Source: a bacterium
GTDB lineage: Bacteria > SAR324 > NAC60-12
Direction: 5' to 3'
DNA length: 64,000 nt
NCBI GenBank assembly: GCA_965233585.1
Contig: CBDDTI010000747.1
Location: forward strand, 384,001 to 448,000
Of this stretch, positions 31,186 through 40,740 are shown piece after piece (within the stretch, counting starts at the first letter, position 1; each line of letters opens with the position of its first letter). The notes below the pieces were generated by a model, which was not told the DNA's origin, did no database searches, and worked only from the letters and a program-made list of their open reading frames with translations. The position numbers and the translations under genes were made by a program.

Positions 31186-31995
31186 TCACGTGCCATAAGA
31201 CAAGTTGAAATGGGCTTGTTTTTCTTCTACTTGCAGAAGTCTTTTTTGTGCTTGTTCAACAAATTCTGGTTGCATCTCAAAGGCGATAAAATTCCTTTCG
31301 CTTTTTTTACACACGACTGGGCATGTTCCCACGCCAGCAAAAGGATCAAGCACCAAATCTCCTTTTTGCGAACTGGCTAAAACCAATCTTTCAATCAATT
31401 TGAAAGGTTTTTGAATGGTATTGAGTGCATGTCTTGAAACAAGCTCTTTGGACTTATATGTGAGTTGCTTAATGTCTCCCCAAACATCACCGGGATTTTT
31501 TCCTTTTTGATGAAATTTGGTTTTGCCATATTGTCCATTTGTCACAGATGGGACTTTCTCACAACGCAAACGGTGTTCTAACTCCACAAGCTGTGAGACT
31601 CGGATGGCATCAAGGTTGTAGCAAGAGGGTCTATTACCCTTGGTCAAATAAGCAATGATTTCATAGTTATTGGTATAATTCAGACGACCTTGTGCCAAAC
31701 GGCTTGGTTGATACCAAACAATCTTAGATTTTAAATTGAGATAAGGACGATAGTCTATGAAGTCAAGGCAATCAGGCTTTCCAAATAAATAAAGTGAACC
31801 TCCATTTTTTAATTTAGAAGAAAAAATCTTAATAAGATTCAGGTTAAATTCTTGAATAGAAGGAATTTTATCCCAGCTGTTTTGAGTGACTCCATAAGGA
31901 CCATCACACACGATAAGGTCAACAGATTCGCTTTCAACTTGTTTTAAGAGTTCAAAAGCATCTCCACAATAAATGTGATTCTGTTTCAGAGGCAT
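31186..31995 (-). CDS. Orphan beta-class N4/N6 DNA methyltransferase
   Basis: Motif IV DGPY, QKPFKLIERLV, motif I VLDPFAGVGT; no restriction endonuclease adjacent. Confidence 0.88.
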   Translation of the reverse strand: MPLKQNHIYCGDAFELLKQVESESVDLIVCDGPYGVTQNSWDKIPSIQEFNLNLIKIFSSKLKNGGSLYLFGKPDCLDFIDYRPYLNLKSKIVWYQPSRLAQGRLNYTNNYEIIAYLTKGNRPSCYNLDAIRVSQLVELEHRLRCEKVPSVTNGQYGKTKFHQKGKNPGDVWGDIKQLTYKSKELVSRHALNTIQKPFKLIERLVLASSQKGDLVLDPFAGVGTCPVVCKKSERNFIAFEMQPEFVEQAQKRLLQVEEKQAHFNLSYGT

Positions 31996-32039
31996 CTGAT
32001 TTCAGCAAGTGTTGATTTTTCAGCAAATCTTAGGAGGGT

Positions 32040-33437
32040 TTAGTTGGAAAATGAGACAGGTTCTGTGTCTGCAAAATGCAGCAATGCTTTTTTACCCAAA
32101 GGCACGACATTAAAACCGATTTGATAAAGTTCTTGTGCATTGAGCAAGTTACGACCATCAAAAATAAAGGCTGGTTGATTCATGGACTGAAACATCTTTT
32201 TGTAGTCAAGGTGTTTAAATTCTCGCCAGTCTGTTGCAATGATAATGGCATGTGCTTCTTTTGCCGCTTGGTAGGGGTCAATGCTAAAAGTGACCGGAAT
32301 CGGAGCATCAGCAAGGTCTTTTTTTGCATTTTCTAAGGCTTTAGGGTCTGTAATCCTTAACTCTGCTTTTTCCTCTATAAGCTGATGACAAAGAGTAATC
32401 GCAGGAGAATCCCTTGTGTCTCCTGTGTTCGCTTTAAATGCAAATCCGAAAATGGCAATCTGTTTACCAACTAATGTGTTGAATTGATACCGCAGAATGC
32501 GTTTGAAAAAACGCAAAGTCTGGTAATCGTTCATGTGAACAACATGTGACCAATACTCTGCCACTTCAGGCAATCCATAATACTCACAAAGATAGGCAAG
32601 GTGCAGAATGTCTTTGCGGAAGCATGACCCTCCAAAACCTAAACTTGCATTGAGAAAACGTTCCCCTATCCGTTTGTCCATTCCAATCGCTTTGCTCACT
32701 TCAGAAATGTCTGCCCCTGTTTGCTCGCAAAGTGCAGAGAGACTATTGATGGAAGAGATGCGTTGAGCCAACATGGCATTTGCAAACAATTTGGAAAGCT
32801 CTGAACTCCAGACATTTGTTTGCAATATTTTTTCTCTAGGCACCCATTTGGAATAGATTGAGGTCAACACCTCACTTGCACGAATGCCTTTGTCAGTAGG
32901 AGCAGACCCTATCAAAACCCTGTCTGGGTTTTGTAAATCTTGGATTGCTGTGCCTTCTGCCAAGAACTCTGGATTAGAGATGACCTCAAAATGTGTTGCA
33001 GTGCTTCCTGATTTTAAAATGCGTCCCATTGCAGCGGCGGCGCGTACTGGTAAAGTGCTTTTTTCAATCACGATGACATTGGGCTTTCTTGCATATTTCA
33101 AGATGGAACGTGCGGTTTGTTCCCAATACTGCAAATCGGCACTACTTCCTGCACCTTCTCCAAATTGTTTGGTTGGGGTGTTGATTGCGATAAAAATGAT
33201 GTCTGCTTGTGGGATTTCTTCTGCAATGTTGCAGCTAAAAAAAAGATTTCTTCCTCTGACAGTTTCTACAACATCTTGTAAGCCGGGTTCGTAAATTGGC
33301 AAATTGTCAGAGTTCCACTGATCAATACGTTCTTGATTGACATCAACCACCATGACGGTGTCTTGAGGACAATGCAATGCCAATACTGCCATTGTAGGAC
33401 CTCCAACATAACCTGCACCAATACATAAAATGTTCAT
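32040..33437 (-). CDS. ugd: UDP-glucose 6-dehydrogenase
   Basis: IGAGYVGGPT, EKSTLPV, SNPEFLAEG, GFGGSCFRKD, FAFKANTGDTRDSP. Confidence 0.96.
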   Translation of the reverse strand: MNILCIGAGYVGGPTMAVLALHCPQDTVMVVDVNQERIDQWNSDNLPIYEPGLQDVVETVRGRNLFFSCNIAEEIPQADIIFIAINTPTKQFGEGAGSSADLQYWEQTARSILKYARKPNVIVIEKSTLPVRAAAAMGRILKSGSTATHFEVISNPEFLAEGTAIQDLQNPDRVLIGSAPTDKGIRASEVLTSIYSKWVPREKILQTNVWSSELSKLFANAMLAQRISSINSLSALCEQTGADISEVSKAIGMDKRIGERFLNASLGFGGSCFRKDILHLAYLCEYYGLPEVAEYWSHVVHMNDYQTLRFFKRILRYQFNTLVGKQIAIFGFAFKANTGDTRDSPAITLCHQLIEEKAELRITDPKALENAKKDLADAPIPVTFSIDPYQAAKEAHAIIIATDWREFKHLDYKKMFQSMNQPAFIFDGRNLLNAQELYQIGFNVVPLGKKALLHFADTEPVSFSN

Positions 33438-33464
33438 AAGAAATAAGAATAAAAATAGCTTGGG

Positions 33465-34175
33465 TCAGCTTGACGTCTGATGGTTTTGAATGAGTTTTTG
33501 AATTTGTTCAGAGGCTTGTTGAGCCAGTGTTTCAGATTCTGACTCAACAGAAAGTCTCACAAGCTGACCTCGTTCATCGCGGCTGGGATACGAACCAATT
33601 TTGACATCTGGAAAGGCTTGTGCGATTTGTTGAAGACCAAATGCAAGCTCACTTTCTTCAATATAAACGGAGTCTTCCCAGTACGCTATTGGTTGTGAGG
33701 CAAAAAAATGAGCAATCGCTTCAAAACGTTTCTTTAAAAACCCGGGAGACCCCGGCATGATAAAGACGTTGCAGACCTGAAGTTGTGGAAAGCTTGGGGC
33801 TTCTAACAAAGTGGCATGTTGCGGAACACGTGACATACGTCTGATGCCTTCATTCGCTTTGCCATACATTGTGCAAAGATCTTGATACACACGTTCTGAA
33901 TGTATGATTTGGTCATCAAAGGCTTCAGCAACTGCCTCTATGGTCACGTCATCATGGGTTGGACCTAAACCCCCAACTGTCATCACAAAATCAAATTTTT
34001 TTGCAAAGACTTTGACTGTGGCTACAATCTCTTTGATGTCATCGGGGAGGATAGTGACCAAAGAGGCAGGCGAGCCAAGTTGCCAAAGTCTTTCACACAA
34101 AAACCCTGTATTGATGTCTTTGATTCTTCCTGAAAGAAGCTCATCTCCAATTAAAATAATCCCAACAGAACTCAT
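33465..34175 (-). CDS. CinA N-terminal/molybdopterin-binding (MoCF_biosynth) domain protein
   Basis: IGDELLSGRIKDIN, GGLGPTHDDVT, MPGSP, IGSYP. Confidence 0.88.
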   Translation of the reverse strand: MSSVGIILIGDELLSGRIKDINTGFLCERLWQLGSPASLVTILPDDIKEIVATVKVFAKKFDFVMTVGGLGPTHDDVTIEAVAEAFDDQIIHSERVYQDLCTMYGKANEGIRRMSRVPQHATLLEAPSFPQLQVCNVFIMPGSPGFLKKRFEAIAHFFASQPIAYWEDSVYIEESELAFGLQQIAQAFPDVKIGSYPSRDERGQLVRLSVESESETLAQQASEQIQKLIQNHQTSS

Positions 34176-34246
34176 GGAAGCATGATCCTTATTAAACTTT
34201 CAAATGAGACAAGAATATAAGGATTGCACAGTATTGTCAATGCAAT

Positions 34247-34825
34247 CTACTTGGAGCGGGTCAGTGGGTCAAAAACCTTGATGGTGGTGCAGCGGTTTTG
34301 TAGTTTTTTGATGAGCTTTTGGTCTGAACTCACAATCAAGGCGTGTTTGGCATCTTTCCAAACTTTCAAATCTACATGTGAGTTTCCGATATAATCAAAC
34401 CCTTGTTTACCAAACTTTGCAACGAGCTGGGAACACTTATCATCTCCAATATTGTTTTTTGTATAAGTTCCCCATACTTCATGGAACAATCCCAAATAAT
34501 CAGCAACTTTGACGGCATGATGTTGCACTGATCCTGTTGCTAAAATGAGATAATCGCCGTTGTCCTTGCATTCTTTCAAATATTGCACAACAGCATCATG
34601 GTATGGCAAAGTGCTGGCATCTAGCCCCACACTTTGAGCTATTGCAAATTTGGCAAAGGGTCTGCCTTTTAAGAACCAGATTGCGACTAAAAATGAATAA
34701 AATATATTTTTTTTGATAATTTGAAGTAAACTTTGTAAGAATAAATCACCTTGAATGAGTGTTCCGTCAAGGTCAACAGCAAGAACTCGCTGTTTTTTCA
34801 ATGTGTCTTGTTCTGTTTCTCCCAT
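34247..34825 (-). CDS. HAD-superfamily hydrolase (stand-alone N-terminal domain of UbiA-HAD fusion type)
   Basis: VDLDGTLI, LILATG, FDYIGNSHVDLKVW. Confidence 0.8.
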   Translation of the reverse strand: MGETEQDTLKKQRVLAVDLDGTLIQGDLFLQSLLQIIKKNIFYSFLVAIWFLKGRPFAKFAIAQSVGLDASTLPYHDAVVQYLKECKDNGDYLILATGSVQHHAVKVADYLGLFHEVWGTYTKNNIGDDKCSQLVAKFGKQGFDYIGNSHVDLKVWKDAKHALIVSSDQKLIKKLQNRCTTIKVFDPLTRSK

Positions 34826-35388
34826 GCTAACAGCTTTTGTTTGTGATGAGAGCCGTAGCGATATTTACCAACATTCCCGTTGTTATACACTACACGATGA
34901 CAAGGCACGAAACCTCCTAATAGGTTTCGTCCTACTGCACCCCCCACGGCTCTTACAAAATTCTGAGGGTTTGATGGGTCAACCATTTGGGACAATTCAA
35001 GATAACTAACAGTTTCACCATAAGGAATTTGTAAAAGTGCTTGCCAAACTTTTTTATCAAATGACGAACCTTGAACCAAACCTTGCCATGAAAAGTCAGA
35101 TGTACCGAAAAATGACTCCACTGCTTGGTTGATCTTTTGAGTGTTTTTTTCATACTCGCTAATTTGCCATTGTTTGGTCAATTCCTCAAGATAGACTTGT
35201 TCTTGATACGAAGAATCTACAAATGCGACTTGACACAAAGCATCATGCCATAATGCAACAAAGCAAAGTCCAACAGGGCATGAGACAGTCGCGTACTCCA
35301 AAGGAAGCTGAAGATGATCTTCAAATTGTTGTTGAGAAACGTCCGATAGTTTCCCTTCCTTGATCCAGTACTGTGATTTGGTATTCAT
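34798..35388 (-). CDS. ogt: Methylated-DNA--protein-cysteine methyltransferase
   Basis: VWQALLQIPYGETVSY, RAVGGAVGRN, PCHRVV. Start taken at MNTKSQY. Confidence 0.92.
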   Translation of the reverse strand: MNTKSQYWIKEGKLSDVSQQQFEDHLQLPLEYATVSCPVGLCFVALWHDALCQVAFVDSSYQEQVYLEELTKQWQISEYEKNTQKINQAVESFFGTSDFSWQGLVQGSSFDKKVWQALLQIPYGETVSYLELSQMVDPSNPQNFVRAVGGAVGRNLLGGFVPCHRVVYNNGNVGKYRYGSHHKQKLLAWEKQNKTH

Positions 35389-35460
35389 TGTAAAAGGTAT
35401 AGATAAAAATGTAAGAAAATTGACAACGATAGAAACTATCGCTGTCAAGCCAGAGTCAAT

Positions 35461-36582
35461 TTAAGAGATTGGATGGGGAGCTTTGATTTGTTTCATCAAG
35501 TCATCATTCCATTCGCCCTCCACTTGGATATGAGAAGCAGCACCGAGCAAGAAAGCCTCAATCAGGTTATGAGACAAATAAGCGTAAAGTCCGGGCTGTT
35601 TAAACTGGTATGTAAAAGCAGCTGCAGAACCTGCAGCAATCACCCAAGATTCCAAATCGGTTGCAGGAACGTCATTAAAACTCCCACGTTCCCAAACATA
35701 ATCGCCATGCCCACCAATCAAATGTGGGTAAGACTGACGATTTGCTTGAGTGTGAACAAACAAGACAGTTTCACCAACCCTTGCTTTCATAGCGTTGTCT
35801 CCTGTCAACGCTCCCATTTTTCCACCAAATGGAATATGTGTAGGAATCAAGGTTTTCATCGCTTCTATATCATCAGCAGTGGAGCTGATAGAATCGGAAT
35901 AACGTTTGTAATTCCCGTTTTTGTCTTTGGGCAAGTAGTAGTCTTGTTCGCCAATATAGTAAGCACGGTCGTAGCGGATTGGTTTGCCTTGACCATCTTT
36001 CAAGCCATCTCTGGGCAAAATCATCACAGCGCCATTCATACCATGCGTCACATGCCAAGGCACCATCGCACCACCCGGAGCGCAGTGATAAACAAATGTC
36101 CCTGCTTTAATTGCCTTCCATCTTAAAATCACCTGCTCACCGGGGTTGACCAACGTGAGTTCACCGCCGCCTAAAGCACCTGTTGAGGCATGAAAGTCAA
36201 CATTGTGTGGCAACTTGTTTGTTGAAGGGTTGACCAAAGTCAGCTCAATGTAGTCACCTTCATGTGCAACAACTATTGGACCTGGAACTGACCCGTTGTA
36301 GGTGAAAGCCCAAATGAAGGCACCAGGAGCAACCTCTATCTCCTTTTCTTCTATCACAAACTCAATTTCTACGACCTTAGGTCTGCTGCTAGCTACCTGA
36401 CGATGTTCAGGCAAAAATGGAGGCTCTACCAGTTTTTGCTTCACACGTTGTAAGCCTTTCACACTTTCTGCTGATGCTTGTTGAAAGGCAGAAACGCCAA
36501 GTGCTGTTGCCGCTGCAGTAGCCGCGGTAGCTTTAATGAAACCACGACGATCCAAACCTTCTGGATTGACTTGTTCTGTCAT
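35461..36582 (-). CDS. nirK: Copper-containing nitrite reductase, Tat-exported
   Basis: Tat motif [44 protein letters not shown]. Confidence 0.96.
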   Translation of the reverse strand: MTEQVNPEGLDRRGFIKATAATAAATALGVSAFQQASAESVKGLQRVKQKLVEPPFLPEHRQVASSRPKVVEIEFVIEEKEIEVAPGAFIWAFTYNGSVPGPIVVAHEGDYIELTLVNPSTNKLPHNVDFHASTGALGGGELTLVNPGEQVILRWKAIKAGTFVYHCAPGGAMVPWHVTHGMNGAVMILPRDGLKDGQGKPIRYDRAYYIGEQDYYLPKDKNGNYKRYSDSISSTADDIEAMKTLIPTHIPFGGKMGALTGDNAMKARVGETVLFVHTQANRQSYPHLIGGHGDYVWERGSFNDVPATDLESWVIAAGSAAAFTYQFKQPGLYAYLSHNLIEAFLLGAASHIQVEGEWNDDLMKQIKAPHPIS

Positions 36583-37080
36583 TTTATTTCTCCAATAAAA
36601 AATATATTACAAAATTACCAAAAAATTGCATTTTATTTCGTTTTTTACAAAATGCAGTTTTCCAGTTAGATAAGACACAAATCTATCATACCTCAAAAAA
36701 GTTCTTGACACAAGATATTTTTTAATAAATCATATTTATATTACATTTGACGGGACAGACTTCAAGAAATGTAGGAGTTCAAAAAGAGTCATGCTAGTTC
36801 AGTAGTGCTGATAAAAGGCATTTGAATTGATGGCTTTAGAATGGTTTTGAAAAAATATCTTTGAATTTTTAAAGCTTAGAGTAGAAGTCAGGAATCCAAA
36901 TGTTTGCAGAATTTGAAGATAAATTGAGGGAGTAGTCAATATGATGACCACTTACAAAACTGTCAAAAAAATAATAAATTTTGAAAAACTATTGTTGTCT
37001 ATGCAGCAATACTTGTTTTAACTGAGTTGTGGATTATGACTACAACTTAATTTTTTTAATCTATACTGTATGGAGTTACT

Positions 37081-37719
37081 ATGAAAAAACAAATCAAAGC
37101 CGTTGCCAGAGGGTTGTCAATCACAATCGCATTGGGATTATTAAGTCCGTCTGTCCGGGCAGAAGAAAAACTTGACAAATTACCTCTTTCTGAAGTCCTT
37201 TCAGAACAAGATCAACATTCTGTCGCCTACCGTGTCAAAAAAGTCTATTTTGGGGTGAGAGAGGTCATTGTGGTTGGCAAAAGTAACTCTTTCAAAACGA
37301 GTTTGGAGAAGAAAGGAGACAAAGCAAGAGTGGTAGTATCAGTGCCTTGGACTTCGCTTGATTCACAATCTCGAAACAGAGATGAAACCGTTGCAGAATA
37401 CATGGGGTCAGAATATCCCCAAATTGTCTTCACCAGTGGTTGGACTCCTATTGAAGACATCAAGCAGGGGAGAACTTCTGACCGCTTGAAAATCAAAGGA
37501 ACTCTTGCGATTTCAGGAAGCTCTGAACCAGTGGAAGCCTCTGCTGTTGTCAAACAAGGAACAAACGACTTTGTTGTTGAAACAACTTTGTACACAACAT
37601 TCTCTGACATTAAAGTCAAAACTCCTAATGCTGGTGCGGCTTCAATCAAAGATGACCTGCATATGTACGGTCGCTTTCAAGTCAGTCAAGTTGAAGGGCT
37701 TGAAGCGATACTACAATAA
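37081..37719 (+). CDS. YceI-like secreted lipid/isoprenoid-binding protein, copy 1
   Basis: Signal peptide; SLDSQSRNRDE, YPQIVFTS and IKGTLAISG resemble YceI motifs. Confidence 0.7.
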   Translation: MKKQIKAVARGLSITIALGLLSPSVRAEEKLDKLPLSEVLSEQDQHSVAYRVKKVYFGVREVIVVGKSNSFKTSLEKKGDKARVVVSVPWTSLDSQSRNRDETVAEYMGSEYPQIVFTSGWTPIEDIKQGRTSDRLKIKGTLAISGSSEPVEASAVVKQGTNDFVVETTLYTTFSDIKVKTPNAGAASIKDDLHMYGRFQVSQVEGLEAILQ

Positions 37720-37780
37720 TTGAATACTACAATAATTGTAGTGTGTCTTTGCAGGAGCGATGTGATAGCTGAATGATGAT

Positions 37781-37849
37781 ATGTATCCATTAGAACGCAT
37801 CATAGGTTGGAATGTTGAACATACGTCTAACAAAAATAATAAATTTTGA
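37781..37849 (+). pseudogene. Duplicated 5' stub of the MarR-glutathione synthetase gene
   Basis: MYPLERIIGWNVEHTS matches MYPLKHLIGWNVEHTS at 38627, then stops after 22 codons. Confidence 0.85.
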
Positions 37850-37851
37850 CA

Positions 37852-37879
37852 AAGTATTGTTGTCTGTGCAACAATACTT
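37852..37879. promoter_or_regulatory. Perfect 11-bp inverted repeat, candidate MarR operator
   Basis: AAGTATTGTTG-N6-CAACAATACTT directly after a TTGACA; degenerate copy upstream of YceI copy 1. Confidence 0.5.
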
Positions 37880-37944
37880 GTTTTAACCGAGTTGTGGATT
37901 ATGACTACAACTTAATTTTTTAATCTATACTGTATGGAGTTACC

Positions 37945-38583
37945 ATGAAAAAACAAATCAAAGCCGTTGCCAAAGGATTGTCAATGACAATCGCATTGGG
38001 ATTATTAAGTCAGTCTGTCTGGGCAGAAGATGAACTTGACAAATTGCCTCTTTCTGAAGTCCTTTCAGAACAAGACCAACATTCTGTCGCCTACCGTGTC
38101 AAAAAAATCTTGTTTGGAGTGAAAAAGGTCATTGTGGTTGGCAAAAGTAATTCTTTTAAAACGAGCTTGGAGAAGAAAGGAGATCAAGCAAGGGTGGTGG
38201 TGTCAGTGCCTTGGACTTCATTTGACTCACAAGACCAAGACAGAGATGAAAGTGTTGCAGAACACATGGGGTCAGAATATCCCAAAATTGTTTTCACCAG
38301 TGATTGGACCCCTATTGAAGAAATTAAGCAGGCGAGAACTTCTGATTCCTTAAAAGTCAAGGGAAACCTTGCGGCTTCAGGAAGTTCTGAACCAGTGGAG
38401 GCTTCTGCCGTTGTGAAACAAGGAGCTAGCGATTTTGTTGTTGAAACAACTTTATACACAACATTCTCTCATATTAAAGTCAAAGCTCCTAGTGGTGGTG
38501 TGGCGTCAATTAAAGATGACCTCCACATCTACGGTCGTTTTCAGGTCAGCCAAGTTGAAGGGCTTGAGGCAATACTACAATAA
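37945..38583 (+). CDS. YceI-like secreted protein, copy 2
   Basis: Highly similar tandem paralog of 37081-37719, same length (212 aa). Confidence 0.7.
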   Translation: MKKQIKAVAKGLSMTIALGLLSQSVWAEDELDKLPLSEVLSEQDQHSVAYRVKKILFGVKKVIVVGKSNSFKTSLEKKGDQARVVVSVPWTSFDSQDQDRDESVAEHMGSEYPKIVFTSDWTPIEEIKQARTSDSLKVKGNLAASGSSEPVEASAVVKQGASDFVVETTLYTTFSHIKVKAPSGGVASIKDDLHIYGRFQVSQVEGLEAILQ

Positions 38584-38626
38584 TTGTAGTGTTTCTTTGC
38601 AGGAGTGATGCGATAGCTGAATCAAC

Positions 38627-40396
38627 ATGTATCCATTAAAACATCTCATCGGTTGGAATGTTGAACACACGTCTAAAATTTTACGTAGAGAACTACTGAC
38701 AGTTCTCAAACAATATGGCATCTCTCCTGAACAGTGGCAGGTCATGTTTCACCTTTGGTTTAGTGGAAGCTCACTACATCAAAAAGACCTTGCGTTGTTG
38801 ACATCACAAGGTAAATCTAGCATCTCACGTATCATCTTAAAGCTGGAACGTAAAGGTTGGATTCACAAAGAAACAGACCCAGATGACGTTCGTGCCACAG
38901 TCATTTATCCAACTGACCTGAGTCTTCAGTTTAAACATGTCATTTCTCACCAAGTCTCACAGCATTTTGAAAAAATCTTAAAAAATTGGTCTTCTGTTGA
39001 AAATCAATCTCTGATTTTGTTACTCAAGAAGTTGAGACAACTTTGCCTTGACCTTCCAGAACATCAAATTCTTGCTCCTGATTCAAAATTAAGCAGTGAA
39101 GAATTAGCTGATCGCATCAAAGAATCAGCATCGGCTCATGGGCTGTTTGTGAGACAGCAAGATGATGTTCCTATCATCGCTCCTCTTTCGCTTGACCCTT
39201 ATCCCATTACCAAAGAACATTTTGACCAAATTCAAGAAGCGACTTTGATTTATAATGAATTGATGATGAAAGTCTCTCATCAGTTTTCTTGGTTAGAGAC
39301 AGTTGCTTCAAACGTTGCAGAGGCTGATGATTTTACAAAAAATTTATTAGAGATTGCACGTGAGCAACAAAATCACAAACGATTGCTGATTGGACGCAAC
39401 GATTTTTTGTTTCCCCATAATGAGTCACCTAAACAGGTAGAATATAACACCATTTCTTCCAGCTTTTTGTCGTTGGCTCAAAAAGTCTTTGTCACACACC
39501 AAAATAGTGATTTTCAAAACTCACTTCATTCAAAACTAATTCCTAATGATTCTTTGCACGAAGCCTCTCAACTCATAAAAAACGTCTTATGTTCCTGTCC
39601 AAATTCCATTGCATTAATGGTGGTTCAGCCAAATGAGTTAAACGTATTTGACCAATTTGGCTTACTCCATGAGCTAAGAGTTCATCGTATTTTGATGAAA
39701 CGTGTGACTTTTGAAGATTTATTTCAACATGCAAAAGTCGTTGGAAAAGAATTGTATTACCAAGATTCCCTAGTTTCATTGGTGTATTGGCGTACAGGGT
39801 ACCGCCCTGAAGATTATGCTTCTTATCAAGCATGGGAGATGAGGATGCTGATGGAAAGGGCTGATACTTTTCATTGCCCCGATGCTACTCTTCAGCTAGC
39901 AGGCATGAAATCTGTACAACAAGAACTGACCAATCCTGAAGCTCTTCAGCTTTTCTTAAATTCTCAACAAATTCAAAAACTTAAAAAATGCTACGTTGCT
40001 TTACGAAAATGGGGCAAGGACATCGCACAACAAGTCTTGCAAAATCCTGATGGCTATGTGCTGAAGCCCCAAAGAGAGGGAGGGGGGAACAATTTTTTTG
40101 GGCAAGAGATTGTCAAAGCAGTCTCCTCTTTTTCTCAAAAAGAATTAGAGGCTCATATTGTCATGGAATACATTCCTGCACAAAGGCATGATGCAAGACT
40201 TTTGGTCAATGAAAGTTTAACTTGTGAAAAGTGTGTGACAGAAGTTGGAATTTATGGGGGTGCAGTCTGGCAAGATGGTAAGATTCAGAAGAACACAAAT
40301 TTAGGATACCTTGCACGAACCAAACTTGCTTCAGAAAACGAAGGAGGAGTTTGTGCAGGGTATGCCTGTTTAAATTCTCTTTATTCTTCTTTTTGA
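38627..40396 (+). CDS. MarR-family HTH fused to a eukaryotic-type glutathione synthetase
   Basis: MarR part: GISPEQWQVM, LHQKDLA, ISRIILKLERKGWI..DPDDVRA. GSS part: GRNDF, KQVEYNTISSSF, NVFDQ, YWRTGYRP, QLAGMKSVQQEL, VLKPQREGGGNN, GYLARTK..NEGGVCAGY. Confidence 0.9.
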   Translation: MYPLKHLIGWNVEHTSKILRRELLTVLKQYGISPEQWQVMFHLWFSGSSLHQKDLALLTSQGKSSISRIILKLERKGWIHKETDPDDVRATVIYPTDLSLQFKHVISHQVSQHFEKILKNWSSVENQSLILLLKKLRQLCLDLPEHQILAPDSKLSSEELADRIKESASAHGLFVRQQDDVPIIAPLSLDPYPITKEHFDQIQEATLIYNELMMKVSHQFSWLETVASNVAEADDFTKNLLEIAREQQNHKRLLIGRNDFLFPHNESPKQVEYNTISSSFLSLAQKVFVTHQNSDFQNSLHSKLIPNDSLHEASQLIKNVLCSCPNSIALMVVQPNELNVFDQFGLLHELRVHRILMKRVTFEDLFQHAKVVGKELYYQDSLVSLVYWRTGYRPEDYASYQAWEMRMLMERADTFHCPDATLQLAGMKSVQQELTNPEALQLFLNSQQIQKLKKCYVALRKWGKDIAQQVLQNPDGYVLKPQREGGGNNFFGQEIVKAVSSFSQKELEAHIVMEYIPAQRHDARLLVNESLTCEKCVTEVGIYGGAVWQDGKIQKNTNLGYLARTKLASENEGGVCAGYACLNSLYSSF

Positions 40397-40740
40397 TCCA
40401 TTTTTTCAATGACAATTTTAGAACCAGTTGTTTTGATTTTAATAGGATCATTAATATCCCAACCTAATTGAGTAAAAAATTGTTGTGGAATGACAATTTT
40501 TTTAGAGACCCCTCCACGACCTGATGCCTGAATGTAAGTTTCACGCTCTTTAGCCTTGGAACCTGACAGACGAGAACTAAAAACAGGAATGGACAGACCA
40601 AGCATTGATGATGCTTTGATAAGTCTTGAGTTAAACGTTGCTAAATTCATTTTTAAATGACTAGCCGTTGCGTTAAGAGTTAAACTTTTAGAAAGAGTTT
40701 TAACTTGTGCAAAAAATTGCTTTGCTTCTTCTACATTCAT
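40381..40740 (-). CDS. Small putative DNA-binding protein (HTH-like N-terminus + AbrB/MazE-like C-terminus)
   Basis: The C-terminal KIVIPQQFFTQLGWDINDPIKIKTTGSKIVIEK fits the AbrB swapped-hairpin pattern. Confidence 0.55.
   Translation of the reverse strand: MNVEEAKQFFAQVKTLSKSLTLNATASHLKMNLATFNSRLIKASSMLGLSIPVFSSRLSGSKAKERETYIQASGRGGVSKKIVIPQQFFTQLGWDINDPIKIKTTGSKIVIEKMDQKEE

Noticed and set aside
35473..36126. 217-aa ORF antisense to nirK, and similar antisense ORFs elsewhere
   Set aside because: Shadow ORFs opposite well-supported genes, with no motifs.
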